A stretch of 61,350 nt of DNA, the filler included, from Rhabdomonas costata (lineage: Eukaryota): assembly GCA_019059605.1 (NCBI GenBank). It is 16 parts of 16 records of this genome, joined end to end, with 100 filler letters (N's around TTAATTAATTAA, not from the genome) between each part and the next. Parts side by side here need not be neighbours in the genome. Positions count along the whole stretch, not along the records: positions 1 to 3,750 come from JAHMHO010000552.1; positions 3,851 to 7,591 come from JAHMHO010000553.1; positions 7,692 to 11,439 come from JAHMHO010000554.1; 13 more parts are not named here. One strand, 5' to 3'. Below, one piece after another: positions 1 to 11,539 of this stretch. The position numbers and the translations under genes are program-made. Under the pieces are notes generated by a model. The model was not told where the DNA came from. It ran no database searches and saw nothing but the letters and a program-made list of their open reading frames with translations. Position 1 is the first letter of the stretch. Each line of letters starts with the position of its first letter.

Positions 1-1278
1 TGTGGGGGGGACGTTTCCATAAGGGAATTTGGAGGGAAACGAGAGAACTCAAGAGAGGATAGTAAACTCTGCCCCCTCTTCATTCTGCACATTTTTTGTG
101 CGCACGGCTGTGATATGGCGTTTAAACAAAAAAATAGTTAAACAGTTCCCACCTCAGCTCCGCCAAGGCGTGAATAGGGTACAGCAGATTGAGGGTCAAA
201 ACTAGCGAAAGATTGACAAGGCGAAACAGTAAACCTGCTTCAGTTCCTCTTCAACAGGAAGCGGAGCCGCCCGTGCGGCCCGCTGACTCTGCAGATTAAA
301 AGAGACCACGGGTGATGAAGTCCGAGTAACACCGACCTGCTATAACAGAATCACCAAAAATAGAAGGAGCGGGGTTCCATGCCTTGGCTGTGGGGGTCTT
401 CCGGAGGATCTATAAACGGCGAAAAGACAGAGAACAATTCATTCAATGGGTTGAATCCTTGCGCCGCTGGCCGTGACGGCAACCACTGCTTAATTAATCG
501 GATCCAGAGAGTAGCATTTTTGGAGAAGTGGTGCGATATCTGCTTGGCAGCGCTAAAAAGGTTACCCAGTTCAACACTAAAAGGGTTAGAGGGGATGCTT
601 CCTCCATTGAATACAAGGCGGTTAGGTCAAACCAGTGCCCCATAAATAGAAATATTATTTTGGCATAAGAGAGCTCATCATAAACTGCACGCAATGTTAA
701 ACGATAATCTGGATCTGGGAATTTGCGGTTGAATGACTGACGTGTGACCGACGTGTGCTCCACAGCATCGACAATGATGGTGCAGCCAGTGCTCAAGGGA
801 AGCGCGGGTGGCGTACCACCTTGGGAGGAGGTTCAGCAGGAACCCGCTGGTTGTCGTCGCTGGGGCGTTTTTTCGTTGATCTGATGACGGAGTTCAGAAA
901 GCATGAAATCTGAACGAAGCGGGAAATAAAAGCAGGAAAATGCCAAAGCAGCATCTTCAAACATGAAACAGACAAACTGCTGCTCAGGCAAGGGCGTGCC
1001 TGTCGCCGGGCAGACTCATCTACCATTACGGAGAACTCGACAAAGCCCTGGGATGAGTTCTGGGCTGCGGCGTCAATCGCGGCTTGGCCACCAGGGACTT
1101 GTCTCAGTCTGAGAAGAAATACCATCGCGAACATGAGCAAAGGGTCATCACAGCATTTCTGAAGCTTTTTCGTCAGGGAACACAGAGCCAACGCAAGCGT
1201 GTATGTAACTGGCCCCATGGCTGCCAACTGAAATCTTGTTGAGAAATCCTACCTTGTGTTTTGGGCATATGTTGCCAT

Positions 1279-1345
1279 GGTGTGTGTGCTTGCTTGCTTG
1301 CTTTCTTGTTGGTTGATTGGTTGGTTGGTTGGTGGGTGGGTGGGT
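1279..1345. repeat. Compound microsatellite (GT)n-(GCTT)n-(TTGG)n-(TGGG)n
   Basis: Seen directly in the sequence. Confidence 0.8.
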
Positions 1346-3170
1346 AAGAAGAGGCGGTAAAGCACGTCGAGATGCCGAAATGTTGTCGAAATGTTTGTGG
1401 TTGAGAGAATAAAACCGACTTTGCTGTGTGGCGTGAGTCACACGCATGTATGCAAGTAGCGGCTGCAGCGTGGGCACACATACAGTTGTACGATGTGGCG
1501 TTGGTGTGGCAGGCTTAGCTTAGGAACCAGCCGTTGAATGTCCTGCACGGAGTACTCCATCCAAGCGGAAATATTAATGCGAAAAAACAAAACTACGCAG
1601 GATCAAGCAGAAGGGCTCAAGGGGACGCATTGAAACCCTCAGAAAGAGAAAGGCCTCATTCTTCGCGTAGCACATTTTTTGATCTATGTTTCACATTATC
1701 CTGGATGAATAATTCTGGACGAACCCAGAACAGCAGCATACCCATCGTAAATTACCACGTTGGGGAAAACGCCCGGAACCCTTCACGGATTCTCCTGAAA
1801 CATTGACCACTGTATGCAGGCGGTGCTGTATACCGGTAACGAAGGCCCCCGGTCTTACGCCCTGCGCGAGGTATCTAGGGTCCAGCAATAACCACACAAC
1901 TCTCAATTTACAGCCCTCGAGGTCTCGATGAGGTGAGCGCTTGTCTTCACAAGGTGAATGTGCAAGAACCAGCAATGTGCCTCCCACCATCACCCACCAC
2001 CTACCACCCACCACCACAAAAAGTCCGATAACCACGGAGAACTTCATCATCCAGACAGCAGGTAGCATTCCCGGTGCCGCAAACTGTCCGTTTCACACGA
2101 CCTGAAGTGCACAAAGGTGCCACCACTCGCCCTCCTATTCCAGTGAAGGCAGCTGCAGAAGGAACATCGACATGTCCACGCCCCAACTCTCCAGTGCCAG
2201 CACCAGCCCAGCCATCAAAGCCAGTGCCACCGCGATCCCCAGACCGATCCCCGCAAGCTGTCCCAGAGGGTGGGCCTGTGCCAGGTTCTGCCCTGCAGCA
2301 GCTGTAGACTGAGTGCTAGAGGGAGCTCCTCCCCCACCACGTACCCGCTGGTGAACCATTCCGGAGGTAGACAAAGGCAACTCAACAATCGGGATCGGCT
2401 CTCTCTATGGTACCTCTCCTCTCTACCGTACCAGATAAAGGTCGTGAAGGGTCTCTGCAAGGACTGTGGAAAAGGTGAAAACAAAGGGGAATTAGTGAAC
2501 TCCGCACTTTTCTGTGCTTCATTGCCATTCTTGCCTTGAAGCGGCGTGCTGTGAGGGTCTGGCTTCCTCAACAGCTGGATGATGGACTGTTGCTCAGAGC
2601 TCGCGGGAGATGAGACTTACGATATGCACAATCTCCAGGGTGCGATCGATGCAGTCACGCAAAGCAAAGGGGCGATTGTCCAGCACGAGCATCCCACTCT
2701 GAATCTTCGAGAACTGCAACCCCCCGCCCGGACTGACTGCAGGAGGCGGAGAAAGGTATGGATGCAAGACGTGGCGCGCAGGGAACTAAGACACTCTTAG
2801 ACACTTGTGTGGCGGCAGAGTTATGAGCACGAAAGCGTAACAATTGTGTGCCTCATATGCAGAAACTGTTTTATTGGCAATCGTTATCGGCATCCCCTCC
2901 CAAAGCACACAATATCGACAACATACAACGCGCCCGAGCATGCTTCGCAAGCACGCCCCGCAATATTCGAGCTTCTGCAGAGAAACGGCTATGAGAAGCT
3001 ACTGGCGAAAGGTGGGCACAATCAATGTTGCAAAAGAACAAACCGAAGCTCAACCGAGACGAACGAAATCAGGACATGGGAAATATCAAAAGGAAACACG
3101 CATAATCCGAACGCTTGAGGCGGAAGGGTTCTGTGTTAGCACCGGCGTTTCACCGAATGACAAGGCATAC

Positions 3171-3673
3171 GTCTAGCAGGTCGTTGATCTGGGACAGCAG
3201 CGCACTTCCGCTGCAGCTGATCAGGTGTGCGCACTCCCTTTGCTTGGGGTCCAGTGCCGTAGTTTCCAGGAGGATCTGCACAGAAAACGTAGCTCGAAAA
3301 AGAAAGAGGAATAATGCGATTCGGGATGAAAAATGAGGGGGGGAAAGCGATGCCCAATTCTTGATTGAGGATTGAGAGACACATTTCCTTTTCTCACACG
3401 GCTTTCACACCACTCAAGAAAGCAGAACAACAGCACACTTCGTCAGGGTGCTAAAAAGTAAATGACCACACTCAGTAATGAATGAAACACAGAAGAACAC
3501 TCCTCGGCCATCCCAATGCAGGTCGTCAAAGGAGTTCGCATCTCGTGGCTCACCATCGCGAAGAACATCTCCTTCGAGCGCATCAGTTCTCGTGTCTGCT
3601 CCGCGGCCCGCGCAATTTCCCGGGCTCGCTCTCGAGCCCCACGACCCACCGAGGAGATGGCTTCCACAAAGGC
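3171..3673 (-). CDS. Sensor histidine kinase, HisKA (H-box) exons; partial gene
   Basis: Exon 3673-3503 gives ...ELMRSKEMFFAMVSHEMRTPLTTCIGMAE. Exon 3275-3171 (cag|ATC ... GAC|gtatgc) gives ILLETTALDPKQRECAHLISCSGSALLSQINDLLD. Together they match the SHE(M/L)RTPL...INDLLD HisKA pattern. Confidence 0.9.
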
Positions 3674-3750
3674 CTGTGCCAAGAGCAAAACGTCGATCAA
3701 GTCCTGAGCAGTGCATCAATTCTATTCAGGCAGAAGCATAAAAAAAAAAA

Positions 3751-3850
3751 NNNNNNNNNNNNNNNNNNNNNNNNNNNNNNNNNNNNNNNNNNNNTTAATT
3801 AATTAANNNNNNNNNNNNNNNNNNNNNNNNNNNNNNNNNNNNNNNNNNNN
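3751..3850. other. Artificial contig linker (N-run, TTAATTAATTAA, N-run); first of 15
   Basis: Same 100-nt spacer at 3751, 7592, 11440, 15283, 19124, 22974, 26814, 30653, 34491, 38329, 42167, 46006, 49843, 53678 and 57516. TTAATTAATTAA places stops in all six frames. Plain N-gaps without the linker occur at 21205-21460 and 59540-60177. Confidence 0.98.
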
Positions 3851-3924
3851 TGTTGGTTGGGATGGCTGCGCAAATTTCACTCAAAAGGGTTTTCAACGCA
3901 AAGCAGCATGCCTTGATACACCAC

Positions 3925-5814
3925 CAGGTGTGGGGAAGGTGCCGGCGGATATGCTTCGCGGAGTTGTCGTCGAAGTTTGTCCGGAGCTGAACGGCAATGT
4001 GGATCGGGAACTCCGAGAAGTTCAGCGAAGCCAGCACAGGTGCCACTGCGGAGGTGTACCATGGGGCTGGGTTCTGTGCAAATGTGGACATCACTTCTTC
4101 TTCCAAGAAAAACTACCAGTGTGAACAGAGAATACGACAAGTTGTTCTCTTCGAATGTCTTTCATGGTGATGTGATAAAATCTGCTCACTGCCCACGGTA
4201 GACTCGACTGTGTAAGGGGTCTGCCCCGTTCATCGGCCCACAGCGGCGCAAAAAAAGGGGATGAATACAACAGCTTAAAGTTGCACCTGCAACCTCTTAG
4301 ATGACCTTGTCGCAGGATTGCGATTAAGGAAAGCAGGGTGAGGAGGGTTTCCCCCGGGGTCGCCATTGATATTCGCCGTTAATATGGAAATGAAGGGAGT
4401 CGAGGTGACAGGCGAGAGGACCTGCATCAGAAAGGAGGCAATCAGCGCGGTCCGCGCGAAGGCCGACGTTGTCCCAAAGAGGGCGGCAATCTTGGAGGCG
4501 TAGTGGGGATTTCGGGTCAGGAAGACATGAAAGGAGTTGCCCTTCTTATGAATCCTGGACGACGCGGAACGACAGAAGGTCACAGCGCCTTCTTCTGATG
4601 CTGCTGCAGTGCCGGTATCACGGATAATAAAGCTAGCGCCAATTCGAGCAAATCGAATTCACCACATCTGGGAATCAAATCGCACATCCTCGCATAACAT
4701 CGACGCTGCCCTCCGAAGATGGTACAGAGCAAGAATTGCATCGCTTGGACCAATGTGGGATGCGAGGAAACAATTATTATCAATCGCAGTACAACCGATA
4801 ACAAGAGATGGAAGCGCAAACAGTAGTAGCACATAAAAAGATCAAACCAGATTCGCTGTGGGTACACTGCGGAGAGGTTGCTGACCTGCACCTGCTCACG
4901 GTCAAAGGTATTACCATGAGGATTGATGATCCGCCGAGATAATGTTCGGGTCTGAAGGAAAAAAGAATCGAACGAAAGAAAGGAAAGAGAGCCGCCTGAA
5001 ACCTAAACCAAGACCAAAACTAAAACTCCGTACCTGATGCTGCAGTTCATTCACCCACCCTTCAATTAATACAATCACAGCCAACTCCGAAAGCAGCTCA
5101 AATCCCACTGCATCCCAGACCATACCTCGAACTGCACCAAGTCCCACTGCAGCCCCTCAGGGGGCACGAAGTAGCGGGTGAAGTCCGGGTGCTGCACCGC
5201 AAACACCCGGTTCTCGGCCAGGGCGAGAAGAAACGCCGTGCAGGTCGCACGAATGCGGTTTCCCCAGCCCGTGGAGTCCCCGCGAAACACCACAAACTTC
5301 GCAGGAATGGTTCGGTCTGGGAGCGAAAAAGACCAGCCCAGCCCTTGCATAGCCACCACCGCAAGAACCAATGCTGGGAACGCAAACATACAAAGAGGCG
5401 GCATACCAATTATCATGGCACGGTAGATGCCGTAGTAGTGCTTCACAAAGGGCGGCCACGTGATCTGAAAGGCAATCCCACCCACACCTCGCCTGAGCAC
5501 AAGACAAGGCCCCGAAACCACTGCACAAACGTACTGCCCTTCATCACCATCCCATAAAAAATACAGAGACCAGATGGACGCACCCGATCAGCAGATGTGG
5601 GCCCCGAGGTAATGGGAGCCCGGAGTTCCATCACACTTGCGACATTGCAGTCCGACGATGTCCCTTGAGCTCCCGCATCGACGGGTTTCACAATAGTTGT
5701 CTGAATGCCCTTGTCGGCGCTCGAAGAGCTGAGCCAAACCTCAGCGCGGTACACCGCTCCCATGGACAGCAGGGCGGTCCACGCCACTAGAGCAAGGGCA
5801 CGAGCTCTTCTCAT
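3925..5814 (-). CDS. Type II membrane glycosyltransferase, fucosyltransferase-like (GT37/GT23-type motifs); 3' partial
   Basis: ATG at 5814 followed by a signal anchor (MRRARALALVAWTALLSMGAVY). Phase-compatible GT-AG exons are 5814-5584, 5464-5407 and 5316-~5126 (FVVFRGDSTGWGNRIRATCTAFLLALAENRVFAV). Later exons are ~4600-4423 (NSFHVFLTRNPHYASKIAALFG...FLMQ) and 4073-3925 (NPAPWY...IHIAVQLRT). The middle exons in 4600-4900 are uncertain. Confidence 0.7.
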
Positions 5815-7582
5815 GCTCTGGCCACTGGCGAGCCAGCAATCCACTTGCAGCGCACGGGGCAGAGGGGAAGAGTTTGGAACTCAGCCAGGGCCCGGTCTAG
5901 GCACGGAGGCCACAATCGGCAAAAAGGCATCATAATGTTAATTGCCCAGTTCCAACCCCAACAAACAAATTACTGCATGAAAAGTGGATGGCAGATGGTA
6001 CCATTCCCCAACCTTCGGTCCTGCATTGGGTGCCAATACCCACAAAATGTCTTTCGACTGATCAGAGTGGTTTGTATACTCGCTCAATGGCGCGTCTTGT
6101 CACGCGTGTTTCAAGTGGGCAAAAGGTCTGCTGAGTGCCGCACATGCACCGGGCGAGCACCTGGGCATTCAAAAACAAAACACATGAGCCCAAAGCAAAC
6201 TGATACTACATCCTGCATTTGCCGCATCATCATCCACCCATAAAAAAGGCAATGCCCCGTTGGGTTGTGGAGTTTCGCGCCAACAGTCGCCAACAGTCCC
6301 AGGCACCAAATGTTACGCACTCATTGTCATCTGCAGGCTTCCAAGGGGCCCTGGTGGCAACACAGCCATTGAGGGCTTAGCTATGTCCAGGCTCGGCACA
6401 CGGCGGTGCATCGCGACTGCAGGTCATCAGTTTTCGGGCTGCTTCTCAGAGCTGATCACCCTGACTTCGCCACCTGCACCAGCGAAATCAGCGAAAAGAT
6501 GAGCAAAACAGAAATTGCACTTGCATTTTGATCAGCCGCATAACTCCCACAAAAATCACTTCTTCGTTAGCAATGACTGTTTCTCAGATGCGGGTCAGAT
6601 TATGGGATGATCACAACGAGGGGAGCGCAACGAACCCACCCCACCCCAATCTCCAGGCATCTCTTTTTGTGTTTGTGCTCATGGAGAAAAAGGAAATCAG
6701 CGAGATACTGGGAAAGTGTGTAATCATAGTTCCGCAGTTTGTATAAATGTGATTGGCAAGCGGACATACCATTCTTGCAGATTGCACACTTTCGGTTTCC
6801 AAACACGTGAAACCGCAAAGCTTAGGCTGTGAACCCTCAGAAGTCGAGACAACAACAAGAGCGAAAAAAGCCCCCAAAGTTCCACGGTAACGACGCCACC
6901 TGGAAAGTACACGTTCACGCTGTGGCTGCGGCTCTTGATGTAATTATCCTGGAAATACGAAAGGGGGATGACAAGCACACGGCGCTTCCGCAAAGGGGTG
7001 CTTGAAGGGAAGGCAAAGCCAAAGCTGGCATACGCTGTACGCCAAGCTGCCACACACGAAGACATGGTCAGCCTGGCGGATGTTCCGCACAGCGTAGCCT
7101 GCCAAAACGGGACCTCGGCAAACCACGTGGTGCTCCGTTACAACCGGGGAAAAGGTCCTGCATCAGCAACGGAAAGCCCATTCCAACTCACGCCCTTCAC
7201 TCAACCCAACATATCAAAAACCTAAAATCGGACAAATCGCAGAGCACTTGCATCCTCCCACTTTGGTGCCTCCATGCCCCAATATTTCCAGATGCACAAA
7301 CAAAAGGGCGGCAAAGCGATACTTTTCTGAGTCAATGTAATCAGCATCAGAAGTAATCATGTTAAATCTGGTCTCCTCCAAGCCCTATAAGTCAGCCGCG
7401 GCAAGGAAAGGCCACCCTCAAAGCAAGCCGAGGGTCGGGTCGTCAAGAAAGAGAATATGCATGCAACAAGCAAACTTTGAACACTGATTGAATACCGCGT
7501 CACAAGAGCAAAACTAAAACTCCGTACCTGATGCTGCAGTTCATTCACCCACCCTTCAATTAATACAATCACAGCCAACTCC
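5015..7582 (+). repeat. 74-bp exact direct repeat (5015-5088 and 7509-7582)
   Basis: CAAAACTAAAACTCCGTACCTGATGC...ACAGCCAACTCC occurs twice. The second copy abuts the contig end. Confidence 0.9.
6427..7157 (-). CDS. C-terminal exons of an unknown protein
   Basis: Three phase-compatible GT-AG exons (7157-7058, 6948-6900, 6473-6427) give TFSPVVTEHHVVCRGPVLAGYAVRNIRQADHVF-DNYIKSRSHSVNVYFP-GGEVRVISSEKQPEN*. No family recognised with confidence. Confidence 0.4.
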
Positions 7583-10500
7583 AAAACCCACNNNNNNNNN
7601 NNNNNNNNNNNNNNNNNNNNNNNNNNNNNNNNNNNTTAATTAATTAANNNNNNNNNNNNNNNNNNNNNNNNNNNNNNNNNNNNNNNNNNNNTTTTGCTTC
7701 AAAGTCTTCACTTAGAGAACCACGCAACCGGTCAGCACAAGCTGTCAGTTCACATCCACGCATGCGCAGAATCAACTAGCTTACCTCTTGCTGACTTTAT
7801 TAGAACGTTGGCTTACTCAGGTTTCATGGTGGTCGAATGGTGGTCGACCGAATGAAAGATCCTGAGGTGGAGAGATTGCAGTACTGCAACACTGTAAGGG
7901 CGCTTTCCTGGAAGTCCAGATAGGACGAATAGCAAGACAAAAAGGGACCTAACGATGACAGGATGACAGTGGAAACAAACACTGTCACGGGCCTTTTAGC
8001 TAAACTTTCCATCAACACTGTGGACAGTTGTACGTCCAGTCAGGGAATTTTGGACATTTTGTTTTGCGCGAGTGTGTGGAAACTCGCAGTTTGGACACAA
8101 AATACCCGAACTCTAAATGGCGACCACATTTGTGCATTCAAATGCGTTTCTTGGCTGCGCTTTTAAAAAGTTTTCCGCTGCAACCTGTTACAGTCAGTCC
8201 GGCGCCTGAAAAACGTCCTAAGCCGGTCTTGTACGCAGTCCGGGGCAGCCCCCATGCCAGACGGGCAAGCGGAACGGGCAGAGTAAAAACACAGGGAAAT
8301 ATTGAAATATTCGACCTTTACCCGTCGGCGTGATGACCTTCTTCTACAGGCGGTGGCCGCCAAGATAAAGAGGCGGCCAAGGACAGCTTAATGGGAACAA
8401 AGGCGCCCGAAAGAAACGCCAACAGTATTACAGGTCATCGGGGTATAACCGGAATCCAATGGGCACCCCCAGCAATGATACTAGGAACCCAAAAGGTCAG
8501 CGGCGGCCACAAGCACCGTAATTCCGCCAATAATTTCAAACCAAAATCCGTTTTGACGGCCCCCACCAAACCCAAAAACCTTCTGCTCGACCGGCCTTTT
8601 CGCCACCACCAGGGTTGGCGGCAAACATTGCGAAAGGAGAACCAAAACGCCATTTGATACCAAGTTGTGTAAGGGGGTGGCGAACGCAGTGACGGAGCGA
8701 TTTGAGGCGAAGACGCAACAAAGCGCAGCGAACAGTATCCTTCCACGGCCGTTTTGTGGTCCCGGGGCCCCACCGTGACTCGGGGGCCCCGGCCGCAACA
8801 CGTCCCGCAACCGTCCTTCGGGTTGACAAGTGTCGCGTCCCACACCTTGTCGCGACGCGCGGGGCTATCAATCCAACCGACGCCTATTCCATTAAATTCA
8901 CTTTTTTGCCGGCCCACCGACATCATCAGAACCGCGTTCAACCCCCACAGCAAAACCTTCCACCAGCTACATAAGCAATCGGCGTATTATCCCCTTCCCA
9001 AAAAAAACGGATGATAACGGCTGGGTTCGGCCGAACACCGCTCATGTCAGGTTCCCATGGAAAAAGATGTATTTTCATAAACGGCAAGCCCCAAGCAAAA
9101 TTGGCTTCATTTGTAGGGTTTTCACAGGGCCGTTTTCACACCAACGTCCGCGAAACAGCATCCAATCTTTGGGCCCTTTATTTCCCCTCCATGGCCACTT
9201 GTTTCCCGGTCAACCCACCTGGTGGCTTTCGCACCTGGCCAAATTTGCGGGTTTATGTTCATGAGGAACGCTCTGTTGGTGGTAGTTGACAACGGGCCGG
9301 CCATCATATCGGGTCATGTTGTCTATCCTTACTCTTCACCGTCTTTTCCTTCAGTCCTTCAAGCCACGTGCTCTCCTACACGCTTCTATGCGATTTGCTT
9401 TCTCCGTTGTCCAGCTTCCATAAGAATAGCATAAGAATAGCTCTTCCACACCTTACCCCTACGTTAGAATGCCTCCAAAGTGATGTGGGTGTTGGTGGTG
9501 TGGTGGGGTGGTGGATTATAGGGGAAACCTTGTTCAGAAATGCATAGAAGTGTCATGAATACGCATTTGGGTTGTCATTCCTGGCATCGCACTGTGGAAA
9601 ATGCGTAGGAGGTGACTTCATGGGGTCAGGAATGCTGCGTAGTTGGCATCATGCATTAGGTACGATGGCTGAGGTGGGTTGAATGCGTATATTGTGCCCT
9701 CTATCTCCCTCCCTCCATGGATCTCGCGGTAGGCGTTGGCCATGATGGAATGCGCACTGTAGAGTGGTGGAAGGATGCGTAGAGGGTGCTCTAAATGTAA
9801 TGGCGTATAAAGTGTAGAGTGTGTGTGTGTGATAGTGCGTATTCCTCGGCGGCATCCGTTGGTATCAGTTAGTTTCCGAGATGTAGATGTTCCGCATAGA
9901 GGTTGTCGAAATGCACACAGTCACCTCAAGCCAACGTCCACGTCACACACACCGTTTCACCAAAACCAACTGCATCCATCGCTCCACCAACAGTCACACT
10001 CCAACAGAACTAACGCCATCAAGCCAGCGTATCCCCAAACCAATACACTTCCGACAACGTCCAGAATCACACCATACACACAGCATCAGACTCACACCAT
10101 CCACACAGCATTCGAGTCACCATAACCTTCCAACAAAGACACCGACACCTAGACACCAACCAAACAACATGGCCTTACAAACAACGTGTTACGGTGATTT
10201 CAAGCGGTCCAATTGCTGCCATACCACCCCACAACCTAGCCATTGGACACACACTACACTGCTACTAGTGTAAGACACGGTTGGAGTGGTTGGTAGGTTG
10301 GAGTGGATATGCCTACTCTGCGAAGTCAATCCACACTACTACACGATACACTCTGTAGCACAACACATGTAACCTATACTGGAATGGATACGCATGTGAG
10401 ATGTGAAACAAAAAGCATTTACAATGGTTGATCACAGCGCCTGCACATATCCACCAAGCCAAACCATAAAACCATACCACGGACAGCAGATCAATGAATG

Positions 10501-11539
10501 TGATGTCCAATCTGTACACCACCACCACTCTTCACCACCACATGCGTACGAAGGATAAAATTGTGACGCGACGCTATTACTCAACTCCTAGGAACTGAAA
10601 CCTATTGTGGAAGTGGAGGTGATATGGATGGCAATCACAACTTGTGGCCATGTCTATCTGGCCTCATGAGTGAGGATGAGGATTCCAATTACGATACTGT
10701 TAGTGAAAGTGTGTACAGTCACCGCGTATGAACGCAACACCAGCTATGTCGACACATCACACAGCATGCATCAGGAGGTAACGTCGTGCGCCATAACCAC
10801 CATGATTCTACCCAACCTACACGTAGAATGCAAATAACAGAACCACCGTAGCGTGTGTGTACAGAGCTGTGCGTCTTGTGCCAAAGCGCAATGTTACGAC
10901 GAGGCCAAACCTCTAACGTACGGAGTTGAGGCAGCATGTTAACGGATATGGTGAAATTCCAACAGTCACACATATTGATGTCGGTGCAACTGGTCAACCA
11001 ATCCATCTATGGAGTTGCGTTGACTCAACTACCATGAACCAAAAAGTCACCTTACGAGGGGCGTTCGCCGTGCTCATCGTGTACTCTCATGACATGGTGG
11101 AAGAACTGCCGTTGTGAATGTCTCTGAGACCTAAATGACCGGTCAGAACCAACACCATCCACACCAGAGGTACTTGGAATGGTACGATGCACACGGTAAT
11201 GCAGTGTAATGGCTACAAATTGGTATAAAAACTTCCCATTCTACACAAATCACATAGAGTGAGCAATACGCTATATGTGTGTAGGAGTAGATGGTAAAGT
11301 TAGGACGCGTCGGATTCAGAGGCAACCATAACCACTACCATCATCAATGGGCCAATGTGGTAAATTGGTGACTGACCACACCAAAGAAAGTGATTTTGGC
11401 ATGGTGGTTGCCATCAGCATCCAACCTCACCACAAACCCNNNNNNNNNNNNNNNNNNNNNNNNNNNNNNNNNNNNNNNNNNNNTTAATTAATTAANNNNN
11501 NNNNNNNNNNNNNNNNNNNNNNNNNNNNNNNNNNNNNNN

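Noticed and set aside
881-902. CTGATGA...GAAA hammerhead-like core
   Set aside because: No stem II pairing between the two core motifs.
3795-3806. Regularly spaced TTAATTAATTAA, about every 3.84 kb, read as an array or regulatory repeat
   Set aside because: It is always embedded in N-runs and is a synthetic six-frame-stop linker between similar-sized contigs.
7509-7582. 74-bp repeat as a shared or duplicated exon
   Set aside because: It is an exact copy at the contig end, and the first copy lies in an intron. A repeat-induced break or chimera is more likely.
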